64,000 nt of DNA from a virus (IMGVR_UViG_2513237361_000012:1-64000); one strand, 5' to 3'. Positions 20,541-30,730 are shown, counted from the stretch's first letter. Notes: a model not told the origin generated them from the letters alone. Made by a program: numbers and translations.

Positions 20541-22104
20541 TGACCGGTGTCCCCCAGCGCACGCGCCTTAAAGCACACCTCCGCCAGTTGCAGGGCAAAG
20601 TCGTCCGCGTTCAGCGTTTCCTGAAGCTCAGGCAGGCGTTTCAGAAAGTCATCAAAACTGTCGCATTCCTGCGCCAGTGTCAGCACCGGGTTCGTGAACG
20701 CCTCGCCGGTTTTCTGCCAGTCACGCAGGGCATCATCCACCATCTGTGCCAGTTCATCGGGGTGTTCCCGGTTCAGGGCGACGCGCTCGCGGTTCATCGC
20801 CACATCACCTGACATTCCGGCAGACACCGGATGCAGAACATCAGCCCCGTCGTCCGGTTCAGCCAGGCCGAACCGGTCCCGCAGCTCCGATTCCTGAACC
20901 CGCATCCCCCGGTCAATCAGCGGCACCAGAGCATCTGTCAGCGCCTTCAGATCTTCCGCTTCACTGATACGCAGAACAACACGGGGGTAGTGTTCCTGTG
21001 GCCCGTAGTTGGCCTCGATGTAGGGCCGCACCAGATATTCATTCAGCGTGTTAGCCAGCTGCCGCGCGTCCCAGCGCACAATGTCCATGCGCACCTGATT
21101 GTGCACGTCCGCCTGTGAACGCGAACTGCCGTTATCCGTGGTCATGGTCTGCCCCAGCACAGCCTTACTGATTTGCGCATCACACCATTCCGCCATTTCA
21201 CGGAACAGTGCGCCGCCGTTATTCCGGCTGGCGGTTTCCTTCATTTCCAGTTGCATGGACTGCGGAATGGCACACCCGGCATCCGAGGCAATGGAAGCAA
21301 TCGCATCAATCAGCACGCGGATTTGCTCCTCCGTGGCGTTGGGGCCGTATTTCCCCACCGTGACCGGAATGCCGAATTTTTCCGCAAATGCCCACCAGTC
21401 GCGCACGGTAAAGGATTTCAGCATGTACATCACCGCCACCAGACGGGCCAGACCGTTACGCAGCGGCAGACCGGATTTCAGACGCGGCTGGTGAACAATG
21501 AATTTTCCCGGTGTCAGCGGTACGCCATCCACCGGTTCATCGTCAGTCAGCAGGCGGAACTGGCGCAGCGTGGGTTTTTCGGCTTTCAGAAAACGGGGAT
21601 CAACCCACTCATAATCACGGGGCACCCAGTGGTTGTTGCGGGTGTTCCACAAAATTTCACAGACCGCCACGCCTTTTCCCAGCCCGTCGAGCAGATCAAA
21701 CATCAGCTCAGGGATTTGCGGTGCCTCCATCAGTGCACGGATGGCGTCCGCCAGTTGCACGTCAGCATCGTCATCACTGGCGGCCACCACCACCGGTTCG
21801 ATACCCGCCACCGTCAGCTTGCGGGTGCGCAGTACCGAGGCGTAATGCAAATCGCGTTCTTCCATCTCTTCAGCAAGGTAAAAAAATCACGCGTGATGCC
21901 GTCAGTAGCATTGCGCAGAATGCCTGCCAGCCTGCCGGGGTTCAGCCCGGAGGCGACGCTGATACCCGGCGAGGCCGAACGCACACCGGCATGACGCGGA
22001 CGGGCCTGTGCTTCGTTGAGCGCCTCTTTTTTCAGCGTGTCTTCCTCACCGGTTGCCGGGTTCAGCAGACGGCGAACGGCCCCGGCCAGTTGTTTCAGGT
22101 TCAC
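20534..22104 (-). CDS. Portal protein gene, apparently split by a 1-nt frameshift
   Basis: N-terminal 96-aa ORF (21814-22104) and 443-aa ORF (20534-21865) are in different frames; one extra T in the T7 run (A7 on plus strand, 21880-21886) would fuse them. Confidence 0.7.
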
Positions 22105-23636
22105 AGTAAACCTCCCTCATTTTTCAGGCCGCGCGTCAGCTTCATCTGGCGGCGCGCGTTGCGTTCTTCCGGTTTCGCCGGGCGGTTCAGGCGGTGCAAC
22201 TCGTAACGGTGGCAGTCATCCTTGCTGGCAAGGAAGCCCAGGAAAATGGCCACAGCGGCGTCGCCGTGACGTTTGTGACCGTCGCTGCCTTTGGTTCGTG
22301 AATCATCAATGCCGGGAACGCCACGCAGTAACTGAATGGCTCCGAGGTCATTGATCACGTCTTCATGCTTCGGAAGGATCAGCTCATCATCTTCAAACGC
22401 CGCACGGAAACGGGGCATGTTTTCGCGGTAAAACGCCACGGACAGCATCACCTGTTCCACTTCATCGCCGTACCGCTCTGCCGCCTGTTCTGCCAGATAC
22501 TGACCATTCCCCCGCGCATCCATTTTGATGCCGTCACGGCGGGGCAGACGATCGCAAAGCCAGAACAGCACCTGCTCCTGCTGTTTAAACGGCACATTGC
22601 CAAGCTCAACCAGGAACGGCACCTCGCGGGTGGTGTCATCGTTCACCGTCACCGGGGCCAGTACGGTCAGGTCACCCGAACGCGCAAAGTCTTCCCCCAG
22701 ACAGTGGCGCAGGTTCTTCGGGAGTTTTTCCAGTTCAGGGCGCACCACTGTTTCCAGCCATTCCCGGATATCTGCCCGGCGCTGGCTTTCCGTCAGTGCG
22801 TTAAATTCCGGTGTGCCGGTAAAGCGCAACACTTTCCCGGTGCCACGGGCCGCACGTTCACGCAGTGAGCGGGGGATATACGTGCCGCCGCCGTTTTTCG
22901 GGACGCAGTAATACTCCTCCAGCGCGTCTTCGCGGGTGGCGGTATTTCGCAGCAGGCCTTCTTTCCATTCCGCCTCGGCTTCCGGTGACCACACCATGCC
23001 GCGCACCTGACAGATACGTCGGTACAGCCCGTCATTGCAGGCGTCGTCCAGCGTGATGGTGTGAATGCTGTAATCTTTTTTGCCCGCGCGGCTTTCCTGA
23101 ATAAGCTGATTAAACAGGTTGTCCACGCCGTCATGGGTGGAAATAAGGCGAATTTTGCCGCCCCATGTTTTCAGCGGCAGCACCGCCTTCAGCAGCTCGT
23201 CCAGTTTTTCATGGAACGCGGCCTCGTCGATGGTGACATTCCCCTGCATCCCGCGAATGTTGCTCGGGTTGCTGGACAGTGCCTTGACCTTAAAACCGCT
23301 GGCGAAGTACACGACGAACGTCAGAATGTCCTTGTCTTCGTCGGTGATCACTTCCTCGCAGATTTCTTCCGCTGCCGCATTAAACGCTTTCGCCCACATC
23401 GCCACGGCGTCGATAAATTCGCGGGCCATCTCCTTATTCGAACCGATATAAAAGTGATCGCGCCCGCCGTCTTCCTTCTTCAGCGATGCCGTCAGTGCCG
23501 CATCTGCCGCCTCCGCCCAGGTTAAACCGGTACGGCGGGATTTCTCGGCGATTTTCAGGTCGGCATCATCCGCCACCCAGCGTTTCTGATACGGCAGCAG
23601 AACATCATATTCACTGAACGTGTCCATTTGTGTCAT
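22101..23636 (-). CDS. Terminase large subunit
   Basis: 511 aa, terminase-like, upstream of portal. Confidence 0.8.
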   Translation of the reverse strand: MTQMDTFSEYDVLLPYQKRWVADDADLKIAEKSRRTGLTWAEAADAALTASLKKEDGGRDHFYIGSNKEMAREFIDAVAMWAKAFNAAAEEICEEVITDEDKDILTFVVYFASGFKVKALSSNPSNIRGMQGNVTIDEAAFHEKLDELLKAVLPLKTWGGKIRLISTHDGVDNLFNQLIQESRAGKKDYSIHTITLDDACNDGLYRRICQVRGMVWSPEAEAEWKEGLLRNTATREDALEEYYCVPKNGGGTYIPRSLRERAARGTGKVLRFTGTPEFNALTESQRRADIREWLETVVRPELEKLPKNLRHCLGEDFARSGDLTVLAPVTVNDDTTREVPFLVELGNVPFKQQEQVLFWLCDRLPRRDGIKMDARGNGQYLAEQAAERYGDEVEQVMLSVAFYRENMPRFRAAFEDDELILPKHEDVINDLGAIQLLRGVPGIDDSRTKGSDGHKRHGDAAVAIFLGFLASKDDCHRYELHRLNRPAKPEERNARRQMKLTRGLKNEGGLL

Positions 23637-24235
23637 GCGCTAATCCCCAGAATTTCACGTTTGATGGTGTCAGCCGCACCGCCCGACAGACCGCCCGTTC
23701 TGACCAGCTCTTCGGTTTTCTCTGCCATCTCCTGCGCAAACGCATCGCGGATCGCTTTCTCGCGTTTATGGCTGGTCATGGCTGCCACTTCCAGACGCTG
23801 GGCAACCAGCGCCAGTTGGCCCAGCGCCTTCGGTGCAACAGGTTTGTCGTCTTCTGCCATCGACATGGACGTTTCAAAGGCCAGCGTTTTTACAAACTCC
23901 ATCAGCAGCTTGCCGACGTCTGATGTTGGCGCGGAACCCAGCTTTGCCGCCCAGACTTCGGCCATTTCGCGGGAGGCACGGATTTTTGCCCCGACTTTTT
24001 CCATGCGGATGGCGTAGCGGTTTAAGCCCGTCCGGCTTAACTGCATCTCTTCCGGCAGGTTATGTTCGTCAATCAGGGCATTGATGGCTTCGCGGATTTC
24101 TTCCTGCGTGTGCCGCTTTTCCCGCAGCATCTGATGCAACTGCTCCCGGATGCTGTCCGGGAGTAAATCCACTTTGGAAAGACGGCCACGGGTGGGGCGT
24201 TGTTCATTTTCCATGTGTGCGCTCCTGTTGCTCAC
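23633..24235 (-). CDS. Terminase small subunit-like protein
   Basis: 200 aa immediately upstream of large terminase. Confidence 0.6.
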   Translation of the reverse strand: MSNRSAHMENEQRPTRGRLSKVDLLPDSIREQLHQMLREKRHTQEEIREAINALIDEHNLPEEMQLSRTGLNRYAIRMEKVGAKIRASREMAEVWAAKLGSAPTSDVGKLLMEFVKTLAFETSMSMAEDDKPVAPKALGQLALVAQRLEVAAMTSHKREKAIRDAFAQEMAEKTEELVRTGGLSGGAADTIKREILGISA

Positions 24236-24350
24236 TACGCTGTAAACTTTCGTATGCAGATTTCAGTGCGCCGTTCTGGATTTCCCGCCATGTCGGTTGT
24301 GCGCCAGACGGCGGAGTTCATCACGGGACGCTTTACTTATCGGATTCTTT

Positions 24351-24650
24351 TTACGGTTCACGACGGCCCCCGTCTTCAGTTCCCGGTGTTTTCAGACCGG
24401 CGTATATTTCTTCGCGAACGGAGCGGATATCCTTACCCAGCAGCTTCCACAGCCGCGCACATGCCGGTGATGAACGCAGGGCACGTTTCATGGGGGTATC
24501 CGGTGCATCCGGGTTCCAGGGCTTTCCGGTCTGTTGTTCATATGCACGGGCGATGGCGTTTTTCTCAATATCCGCGAGCACAAGACAGTACGCCAGCTGC
24601 CGCACGACGGCCCGTTCTCCGCGACTTAACGGCTTCAGTTTTCGGGCCAT
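24351..24650 (-). CDS. Hypothetical protein
   Basis: 99-aa ORF between lysis-region genes and terminase. Confidence 0.35.
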   Translation of the reverse strand: MARKLKPLSRGERAVVRQLAYCLVLADIEKNAIARAYEQQTGKPWNPDAPDTPMKRALRSSPACARLWKLLGKDIRSVREEIYAGLKTPGTEDGGRREP

Positions 24651-24652
24651 GC

Positions 24653-24946
24653 TCAGTCCCTCGCACGGGGTTTTTTAACGCCCGGAACGCTGGACAGGCC
24701 GTTTGCCACATCCTCGCCGCTGCCGGTGATTTCAGCCACGTAACAGCCGCCCACATCAGACAGACGAACCAGCCCCTGCTCGCGCAGCCATGCAAGCTGG
24801 GTGCGCACCACATCACGGGATACCTTATGACCGTAGGCCTGAAGGCAGGTCTGCAACACGGATTCATTCGCGCTGTCGCCACAATCCAGCAGGGAACGCA
24901 GCAACACCAGACGACGGTCTTCAGTGAGGATCTCTTTCATCGCCAT
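24653..24946 (-). CDS. Hypothetical protein
   Basis: 97-aa ORF, tightly packed with neighbours. Confidence 0.4.
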   Translation of the reverse strand: MAMKEILTEDRRLVLLRSLLDCGDSANESVLQTCLQAYGHKVSRDVVRTQLAWLREQGLVRLSDVGGCYVAEITGSGEDVANGLSSVPGVKKPRARD

Positions 24947-25251
24947 TAATTTTTTTCCTTTAACTCGTTCTCTAATAACAAATCGCTGATGCGGGATACC
25001 TGGCGGATGGATGGCCCCAGCTCTTTGATTTCTCCCCGCAGGTTGCTGATATCCAGTTGCAGGCGGTGGAACTCATCACGATCAGGTAGCTGATGTACCT
25101 GGCTTTCCATCACCGACACGCGGGAACGCAGCAAATCAAACTCTTCGCGCTTGACGTAGGTCTTTGCCAGAATCAACTGAAGCAGGTTTATTCCTGTCAT
25201 CAGCAATGCCCACAGAATGGGCCAGTTGGCTCTGATCATTTCCCAGGACAC
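24946..25251 (-). CDS. Hypothetical membrane protein
   Basis: 101 aa with N-terminal hydrophobic helix. Confidence 0.4.
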   Translation of the reverse strand: MSWEMIRANWPILWALLMTGINLLQLILAKTYVKREEFDLLRSRVSVMESQVHQLPDRDEFHRLQLDISNLRGEIKELGPSIRQVSRISDLLLENELKEKN

Positions 25252-25463
25252 GTTTTCCTCCTGCGTTCCCGCATCTGCTGACAGTCAATACAGGTCACCA
25301 CATCCGGCAGCGCCGCAAGGCGCTGTGCCGGAATAACGTTCCCGCAGTCATTGCAGAAGCCCCGGCTGTGGGGCGTTTCTTTTGTCCGTGTCTGCCAGGC
25401 TTTAACGACGCTCTGACGCTCGTTCAGAACCACTTCACTGATGCGATCGATTTCGTCGGTCAT
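25236..25463 (-). CDS. TraR/DksA-type zinc-finger protein
   Basis: C-terminal CxxC...CxxC (CNDCGNVIP...CIDCQ) pattern, 75 aa. Confidence 0.55.
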   Translation of the reverse strand: MTDEIDRISEVVLNERQSVVKAWQTRTKETPHSRGFCNDCGNVIPAQRLAALPDVVTCIDCQQMRERRRKTCPGK

Positions 25464-26071
25464 TTCGGCCCCGCAGACATTTTGTGACGGCTTGATTTGC
25501 TGTAACGGGCAAAGCCGTCAAGGGTTCTTACACCGAGATAGCCCAGCGCCGGGGTAAGCAACATCAGCGTGATATCCCAGTCCGGTGATGGCATATGCAG
25601 CGTGATACCTCTGGCACCGGCAATGGCTCCGGCAATCTGGCCGCAGGAGAGCAACAGCACATAGGCCAGACTGCTGTAACAGGAAAGGCGGGCCAGCAGC
25701 GGGCGTGTCTGGCGCACATAGCTGTCCGTGGCGTTGTCACCATTGCGGATGGTTTCCTGCTGTTCGTGGTGTGCGGCCTGCTGGTCAGCCAGCACTAGCT
25801 TCTGCCGTTCCACCTCCAGCTGTTGCAACTGAATTTTCAGGGTTTCCATCTGCATCAGTTGCTCCGGTGACAGCATCACCAGTTTTTGTTCCAGAATGCG
25901 TTGCTGTTCAGCCACCGGCAGGCTTTCCCGGACACTTTCCACCATACCGGCCACCGAGTCAGCGGCGGCAGATGTGCTGCCACCAAACCAGCGCCCGACG
26001 GAACGAATCAGCCCCGGCCCGGCTTTCAGCAGAACAGAGGCGATGCCTGAAAGGGTTAACGGATCCACGGG
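25460..26071 (-). CDS. Putative lysis-associated membrane protein (start uncertain)
   Basis: Hydrophobic segments at both ends with central coiled coil; downstream of endolysin. Confidence 0.4.
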   Translation of the reverse strand, partial: PVDPLTLSGIASVLLKAGPGLIRSVGRWFGGSTSAAADSVAGMVESVRESLPVAEQQRILEQKLVMLSPEQLMQMETLKIQLQQLEVERQKLVLADQQAAHHEQQETIRNGDNATDSYVRQTRPLLARLSCYSSLAYVLLLSCGQIAGAIAGARGITLHMPSPDWDITLMLLTPALGYLGVRTLDGFARYSKSSRHKMSAGPK

Positions 26072-26466
26072 AAACCTCCATACAGATAACGCTGAAGACA
26101 GAGCAGACCGCCGCAACTGCCACCGCACAGCCAGAACACCGGATGCACCGGTGACATCATCATCAGCGTGCTGAAGACGCAGCAGAAATATCCCAGCGCC
26201 CAGACCACCCATGACCACACGATGATGTGGCGACCAAAAGCCCGGTAACGGACCTCAGGCAGCAGGCGAAATGGCACATTCCCGAGGCTTGCGCTGTATG
26301 AAAACAACACCACCCCGGCAAAGGACAACAACATCAGCACGAACGATCGCCAGCCACATAACATGCTGATGATGAACATGCAGAGTGTCAGTCCGGCCAG
26401 TGGCCACGGCGTTCTCATCAGTCGGGAACAAAGCAGCCAGTCACACAGTTTTAAAATTTTGTTCAT
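26056..26466 (-). CDS. Putative holin-like membrane protein (start uncertain)
   Basis: Multiple predicted transmembrane helices, Cys/Trp-rich, close to endolysin. Confidence 0.4.
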   Translation of the reverse strand: MNKILKLCDWLLCSRLMRTPWPLAGLTLCMFIISMLCGWRSFVLMLLSFAGVVLFSYSASLGNVPFRLLPEVRYRAFGRHIIVWSWVVWALGYFCCVFSTLMMMSPVHPVFWLCGGSCGGLLCLQRYLYGGFPWIR

Positions 26467-26692
26467 TACCTTTTTCCACATTGAATTTTTCCCTGTACTT
26501 CTGGCACTGCCAGAAAATGTCCCGTGTATCCACGGAGTTCCAGCCACGCATGTAGTAGCTGGCGTGTGTGCCATCATGGCCGGTATAGTCCAGCGGTTTC
26601 GGGGGCGGGCCTCCGGCCATGCGGTGCAGAACCTCCTGACGCAGGCGGTCACGCCGCCCGGTTTTCAGTGAGGCATCCCAGCCTTTGCCCAT
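26441..26692 (-). CDS. Hypothetical protein
   Basis: 83-aa ORF directly downstream of endolysin. Confidence 0.35.
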   Translation of the reverse strand: MGKGWDASLKTGRRDRLRQEVLHRMAGGPPPKPLDYTGHDGTHASYYMRGWNSVDTRDIFWQCQKYREKFNVEKGNEQNFKTV

Positions 26693-26693
26693 A

Positions 26694-27290
26694 TCACCCC
26701 CGCGTGGCGGACATGATGCCCAGAGGGGTATCGATGATTTCCAGACAGGCGTCGGTCAGTTTTTCCATGCGGTTAAACCAGCCGTTCAGGTATTTGCCCT
26801 GGGCGGGTTTTGATTTGATGATGTCGGCATAAAAGCGGGAACGACGGACAATGCAGCGGGCCAGCAGCCAGTCCGGGGAGGACAGGCTCACGGCCTTGCG
26901 GGTACGCGGGCCGATGATGCCGTCAGCATCCACATCAGCGGCTTCCTGCAAAATCCTGATGGCTTTTTTAACGCCATGCTGAACCGCCGCATCGAACACA
27001 AACATCGCCACGCCATCAGGCCACTGGTCACATCCGGCAGGCAGCCAGTAATCGCGCCAGTAAATCTGCGCAACCTGTTCGCGGGTTAAATCCTTAATGC
27101 GGGTATCCGGTTTGCCGTCACCGTTGACATCGGTTTTGCCGTCAATCACACCGTCGCGGCGGTCAGAAATGCCGTATTTGGTTTCACCGCCGCTGTCTGT
27201 GGGGTCATTGACATAGCCGCCTTCAATATCAGGACGCAGAATAAAATTCAGCGCATGTTCAAAGGCCGGGGAGAATTTTTGATTTTCCAT
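26694..27290 (-). CDS. Endolysin, GH108-type muramidase with peptidoglycan-binding domain
   Basis: N-terminal EGGYVNDPTDSGGETKYGI motif characteristic of GH108 lysozymes; sits downstream of mor. Confidence 0.7.
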   Translation of the reverse strand: MENQKFSPAFEHALNFILRPDIEGGYVNDPTDSGGETKYGISDRRDGVIDGKTDVNGDGKPDTRIKDLTREQVAQIYWRDYWLPAGCDQWPDGVAMFVFDAAVQHGVKKAIRILQEAADVDADGIIGPRTRKAVSLSSPDWLLARCIVRRSRFYADIIKSKPAQGKYLNGWFNRMEKLTDACLEIIDTPLGIMSATRG

Positions 27291-27342
27291 AAAAGCACCT
27301 GTGAAGCAGATTTAAACGTGGTCTGCTTCATGGTGCCGGAGG

Positions 27343-27372
27343 CATAAAAAAAGCCGGATTTACCGGCTTCAT
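27343..27372 (-). terminator. Rho-independent terminator-like hairpin
   Basis: Same AAGCCGGATTTACCGGCTT hairpin plus T-run as at 19611-19641, directly after mor. Confidence 0.5.
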
Positions 27373-27375
27373 TGA

Positions 27376-27825
27376 TTAAGGGCGTCGTGGCGGACGACGA
27401 ACGGGATGAGGCAGATTCGGGGAGTGGTAAAACAAATCCGGCTGGTATTTATTACGCTCCAGACGTCGCATCCGTTTGATGGCCTTGTAGACAGTTTTAT
27501 ATGTCACTCCGTAACGCTGAACCAGTTCAGGAATATTATGGCCGTTAAAATCACGCCAGATACGCATATCCCGGACAAGATTCTCCAGAATATTCCCCCT
27601 CGGAACATAAACCTGCATCCCGCCGATATGGCGACAAATCGCCACAACCAGCTCAAGGGAATGGGCAGGGTCTGCGCCAATCCGGGCCAGCTCTTTACGC
27701 AGCAGTGCGTTCAGTTCAGAAAGTAACGCCGGATAAGCGGTGTTTTCCTGATAATCATGAAGGTATTCCAGAACGCTGTCGTCCCGGAGGTCTTCGAATA
27801 AATCCTGCTCTTTCATCTGTTTCAT
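27376..27825 (-). CDS. mor: Middle operon regulator Mor-like
   Basis: 149 aa, position after gemA, Mu Mor-like. Confidence 0.65.
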   Translation of the reverse strand: MKQMKEQDLFEDLRDDSVLEYLHDYQENTAYPALLSELNALLRKELARIGADPAHSLELVVAICRHIGGMQVYVPRGNILENLVRDMRIWRDFNGHNIPELVQRYGVTYKTVYKAIKRMRRLERNKYQPDLFYHSPNLPHPVRRPPRRP

Positions 27826-28373
27826 ACAGCAATTCTCCCGCTGTTTCGTGCGCGGGCATATGCACTGGTCATTGCATCATAGCCGCGCAGTTCCCGCCCG
27901 GTTTCGCTCACAGGTAAAGGCACACCATGTCGGACAAAGGCTTCCCGGATGCAGCGCATATGCCACTGTTTGAGCGTTTCGAGCACAACATGCAACGATT
28001 CCCCGTGACACCAGGCCAGCGTGGAAACACCCTGACCACCATTACGTCTGGCCGTCAGGCGTTCAACGTATTTGTCCAGCGCGGCGTCGCTGATATCGGA
28101 GACGAAACCATCAAGAAACATCTGCTGCCAGATTTTATAAATCTTCTCGCGCGGTGTGACATGCTCCTTAAAGCGACGGCGGGGATGTTTTTTCTGCTTC
28201 TTAAAACCGCGCTCTTTCATGGCATCGAGCACCTGTTCCAGTTGTGCGACAGTCAGTTCGCGGCAACTGGTCTTGCCTGTGCACTGCACCAGAAAGGCGC
28301 GGTAAGTGTCATCGTCGAGTTGTAGATCACGACGGGCAACATGAATTAACTTAATAAGCGATGTGCGACTCAT
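27822..28373 (-). CDS. gemA: GemA-like protein (Mu gp16 family)
   Basis: Resembles Mu GemA by recall; start taken at MSRTSLIK, the ORF-track N-terminus being AT-rich extension. Confidence 0.6.
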   Translation of the reverse strand: MSRTSLIKLIHVARRDLQLDDDTYRAFLVQCTGKTSCRELTVAQLEQVLDAMKERGFKKQKKHPRRRFKEHVTPREKIYKIWQQMFLDGFVSDISDAALDKYVERLTARRNGGQGVSTLAWCHGESLHVVLETLKQWHMRCIREAFVRHGVPLPVSETGRELRGYDAMTSAYARARNSGRIAV

Positions 28374-28403
28374 TTTGTCACCTCTCATATTAAGGAATGA
28401 GAT

Positions 28404-28808
28404 ATGAAAATTGATTACGATGAACTGGCAAGAATCCTTGATACTTTCCTGAATGCAGACAGCGCATTTATTACCCTTAAGGATGTTGGAATCGACACAA
28501 CCGACGATGAAGATAAACTGATATTTCATTTATTACTGCTCGTCGAAAATGGTCTTATCGGTAACAGAGAACTGCAAACTGGCACCCCGGAGTGCATCGG
28601 TCTGAAGTTCACCACAACAGGTATTGGCTGGCGAAACGTACCAATAAGGCTGACTCAGGACGGACATGATTTTGCCAATGCATTGCATCAAAAACCTATT
28701 CTTGAACGAATCAAAAAAGAATTTGCCGAAGCCCCGTTTGATGTTGTCAAAGACCTCGGCAAGGGGTTTTTAACTCAGTTATTTAAAAAGAAACTCGGTA
28801 TTGAATAA
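28404..28808 (+). CDS. Hypothetical protein on opposite strand (AT-rich moron)
   Basis: 134-aa ORF with RBS-like AAGGAATGAGAT upstream; lower GC than surroundings; only plus-strand gene in the early operon. Confidence 0.5.
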   Translation: MKIDYDELARILDTFLNADSAFITLKDVGIDTTDDEDKLIFHLLLLVENGLIGNRELQTGTPECIGLKFTTTGIGWRNVPIRLTQDGHDFANALHQKPILERIKKEFAEAPFDVVKDLGKGFLTQLFKKKLGIE

Positions 28809-29081
28809 CTCCTTACTCATTCGCTGTAGCACATCAAGGGCGGCAACTGCCGCCACTTTATCCTGACCGGCAATGATTTTTCGTAATTCCTCAATAATCC
28901 AGGCATGGCTTAATGATTCAGCAATCATCGTGCGTTTTTCTGAAATTAAATTTTCTCTGGCCTGCTCATAGTGCTGGTATACAACATTATCCAGAAAATA
29001 ATTTACATCTTGTTCTGACATGCCACTGGAAATTAAGGTTGCAGCCATTAAATCAGCATCAGTAATCATCTGTATTTTCAT
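28779..29081 (-). CDS. Hypothetical protein (AT-rich moron, convergent with 28404-28808)
   Basis: About 100-aa ORF, low GC, 3' ends of the two genes overlap by about 30 bp. Confidence 0.4.
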   Translation of the reverse strand: MKIQMITDADLMAATLISSGMSEQDVNYFLDNVVYQHYEQARENLISEKRTMIAESLSHAWIIEELRKIIAGQDKVAAVAALDVLQRMSKELFNTEFLFK

Positions 29082-29256
29082 TTCGTAATACCTCTTCGCA
29101 ATAAAAGACTTCATTGGGATAACGTTTTTGTATGCGCTCCATCACCTGCATACATGCCTGCTCTGTGGGCCAGATTTTTTCCGTTACCGGAATGGCATCG
29201 CAGGCATCATTCCCACAAGTGCCAACCAGCAGGACAAAGCCAATTGACTTAATCAT
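29059..29256 (-). CDS. Small putative exported/lipoprotein
   Basis: MIKSIGFVLLVGTCGNDAC: signal-peptide-like N-terminus with Cys, about 65 aa. Confidence 0.4.
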   Translation of the reverse strand: MIKSIGFVLLVGTCGNDACDAIPVTEKIWPTEQACMQVMERIQKRYPNEVFYCEEVLRNENTDDY

Positions 29257-29788
29257 GCTCGCTGATTTCCTGTGTTTCCGCCGGAACCGGTGAATAATCA
29301 AGAATGAGATAGCGCAGGACGTGGTCGGTGATATTCCAGCCACTGGAACCACAAATAAAGCGCCCCAGCCGGATATCGATATACGCCATCACAAAACGGG
29401 GCATCCCCTGTTTGCACATCTCGTCATCCACTTCAGCAACGATGTAAACCGACTCGCAGGTCAGTACGCCTGTCGCAAATTCTTTTGCCAGTGCCGGAAT
29501 GGCATTGCCTTCCAGCCAGGGCAAAGAGCGGCGGAACGCGCACCATTGAGCATCATCAACAGCGGGGTGCTCCGTTGCGTTTCGTCTTACAGGAGGCGTC
29601 GGACGAGGGCGCGGAACGTCATAAAATCCGTTGCATTCAGTGAGAACTCCGGCATCAACCGCATCACGCAGGAAATACACCATTGAGGAAGGTGGCATCT
29701 TCATTTTTTCAGCCAGAACGCCACAGGTCAGACGCCCGTAACCCCGTAGTAATGTGCTGACACCGTTCAGAATTTTTGCATCAATCAT
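29249..29788 (-). CDS. Hypothetical early-region protein
   Basis: 179-aa ORF immediately downstream of gam. Confidence 0.45.
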   Translation of the reverse strand: MIDAKILNGVSTLLRGYGRLTCGVLAEKMKMPPSSMVYFLRDAVDAGVLTECNGFYDVPRPRPTPPVRRNATEHPAVDDAQWCAFRRSLPWLEGNAIPALAKEFATGVLTCESVYIVAEVDDEMCKQGMPRFVMAYIDIRLGRFICGSSGWNITDHVLRYLILDYSPVPAETQEISEHD

Positions 29789-29885
29789 TTTTATTTCTCA
29801 GATATCAGATTCAGGCGCGAGCAATCCCCTGACGCATCGCGCCATAATTAAAAGAAAGTGAATTAATTAAATATTCGTGGTGGTA

Positions 29886-30410
29886 TTAAATACCGGCTTC
29901 CTGTTCAAACGGAATAATAGAAAAATCTTCAATACCTGATTTGACTGTAATTCCGGCAACACCTGCGACCGCTTTCGGTTCCAGTAAAATCGCTTCCTTG
30001 TTGATTTCCTGTTTCGTGCGAATAAAGCGTTGCAGGCCAAGACGCTCCAGCGTTTCCATCACCGCATCCACACCGCGAATACTTACCGATGGTGGGCGCT
30101 GACGCCATGACACATCACCGGTTACCAGGTTTGCCGTCTTCACCTTGCCGCCGTTCGTCAGTTCGTCACGGTTCGCTTCACACCACCCCTGAACGCCTTT
30201 TGAAAGGGTTTCAATACTGGTTTTAAGGGGTGCAATCTGTGAGGCGTATTTCTCCGTAATCTCAGCGATAGCGTCATTCATCTCCGTTTCAAGCCGTGCC
30301 GCTTCGCGTTGCAGGTCACCAATCCGGCGAATATCACATACCACGGCATCGCGGGATTGTGGAACATAAGCCGCTGCGGCGTTCTTGATTCGTTTTGCTG
30401 GTTTAGCCAT
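29886..30410 (-). CDS. gam: Gam host-nuclease inhibitor (Ku-like DNA end binding)
   Basis: 174 aa, near-identical over its length to phage Mu Gam as I recall it. Confidence 0.85.
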   Translation of the reverse strand: MAKPAKRIKNAAAAYVPQSRDAVVCDIRRIGDLQREAARLETEMNDAIAEITEKYASQIAPLKTSIETLSKGVQGWCEANRDELTNGGKVKTANLVTGDVSWRQRPPSVSIRGVDAVMETLERLGLQRFIRTKQEINKEAILLEPKAVAGVAGITVKSGIEDFSIIPFEQEAGI

Positions 30411-30430
30411 ATAAATAAAGCTCCTGTTAA

Positions 30431-30730
30431 TTAATATTCGCTGTATACAATGCTGGATACAGCACGATTGCTTAATTCCATCTTTTGGGCTATCACATGA
30501 ATAGCCACCCCTTCTTTATAAAGTTCACGACACAAATATTTGTCGTGCTCACTGACCCGGTATGCACACAACGATATTCCGTGCCTTCTGGCATGTGCCT
30601 GTAGGGCGGTTGGGGCAACGTTCAGTTTTTTCGCCATTTCCTCGACGGTCATTTTTCCGACACTGGCTTCGATAAATTCCCGGTCTTCGCGTGACCAGCG
30701 TTTACGCTTACACATCATTCCGGTCACCAC
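30431..30730 (-). CDS. Hypothetical small DNA-binding protein
   Basis: 99 aa with helix-turn-helix-like segment. Confidence 0.4.
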   Translation of the reverse strand: MVTGMMCKRKRWSREDREFIEASVGKMTVEEMAKKLNVAPTALQAHARRHGISLCAYRVSEHDKYLCRELYKEGVAIHVIAQKMELSNRAVSSIVYSEY

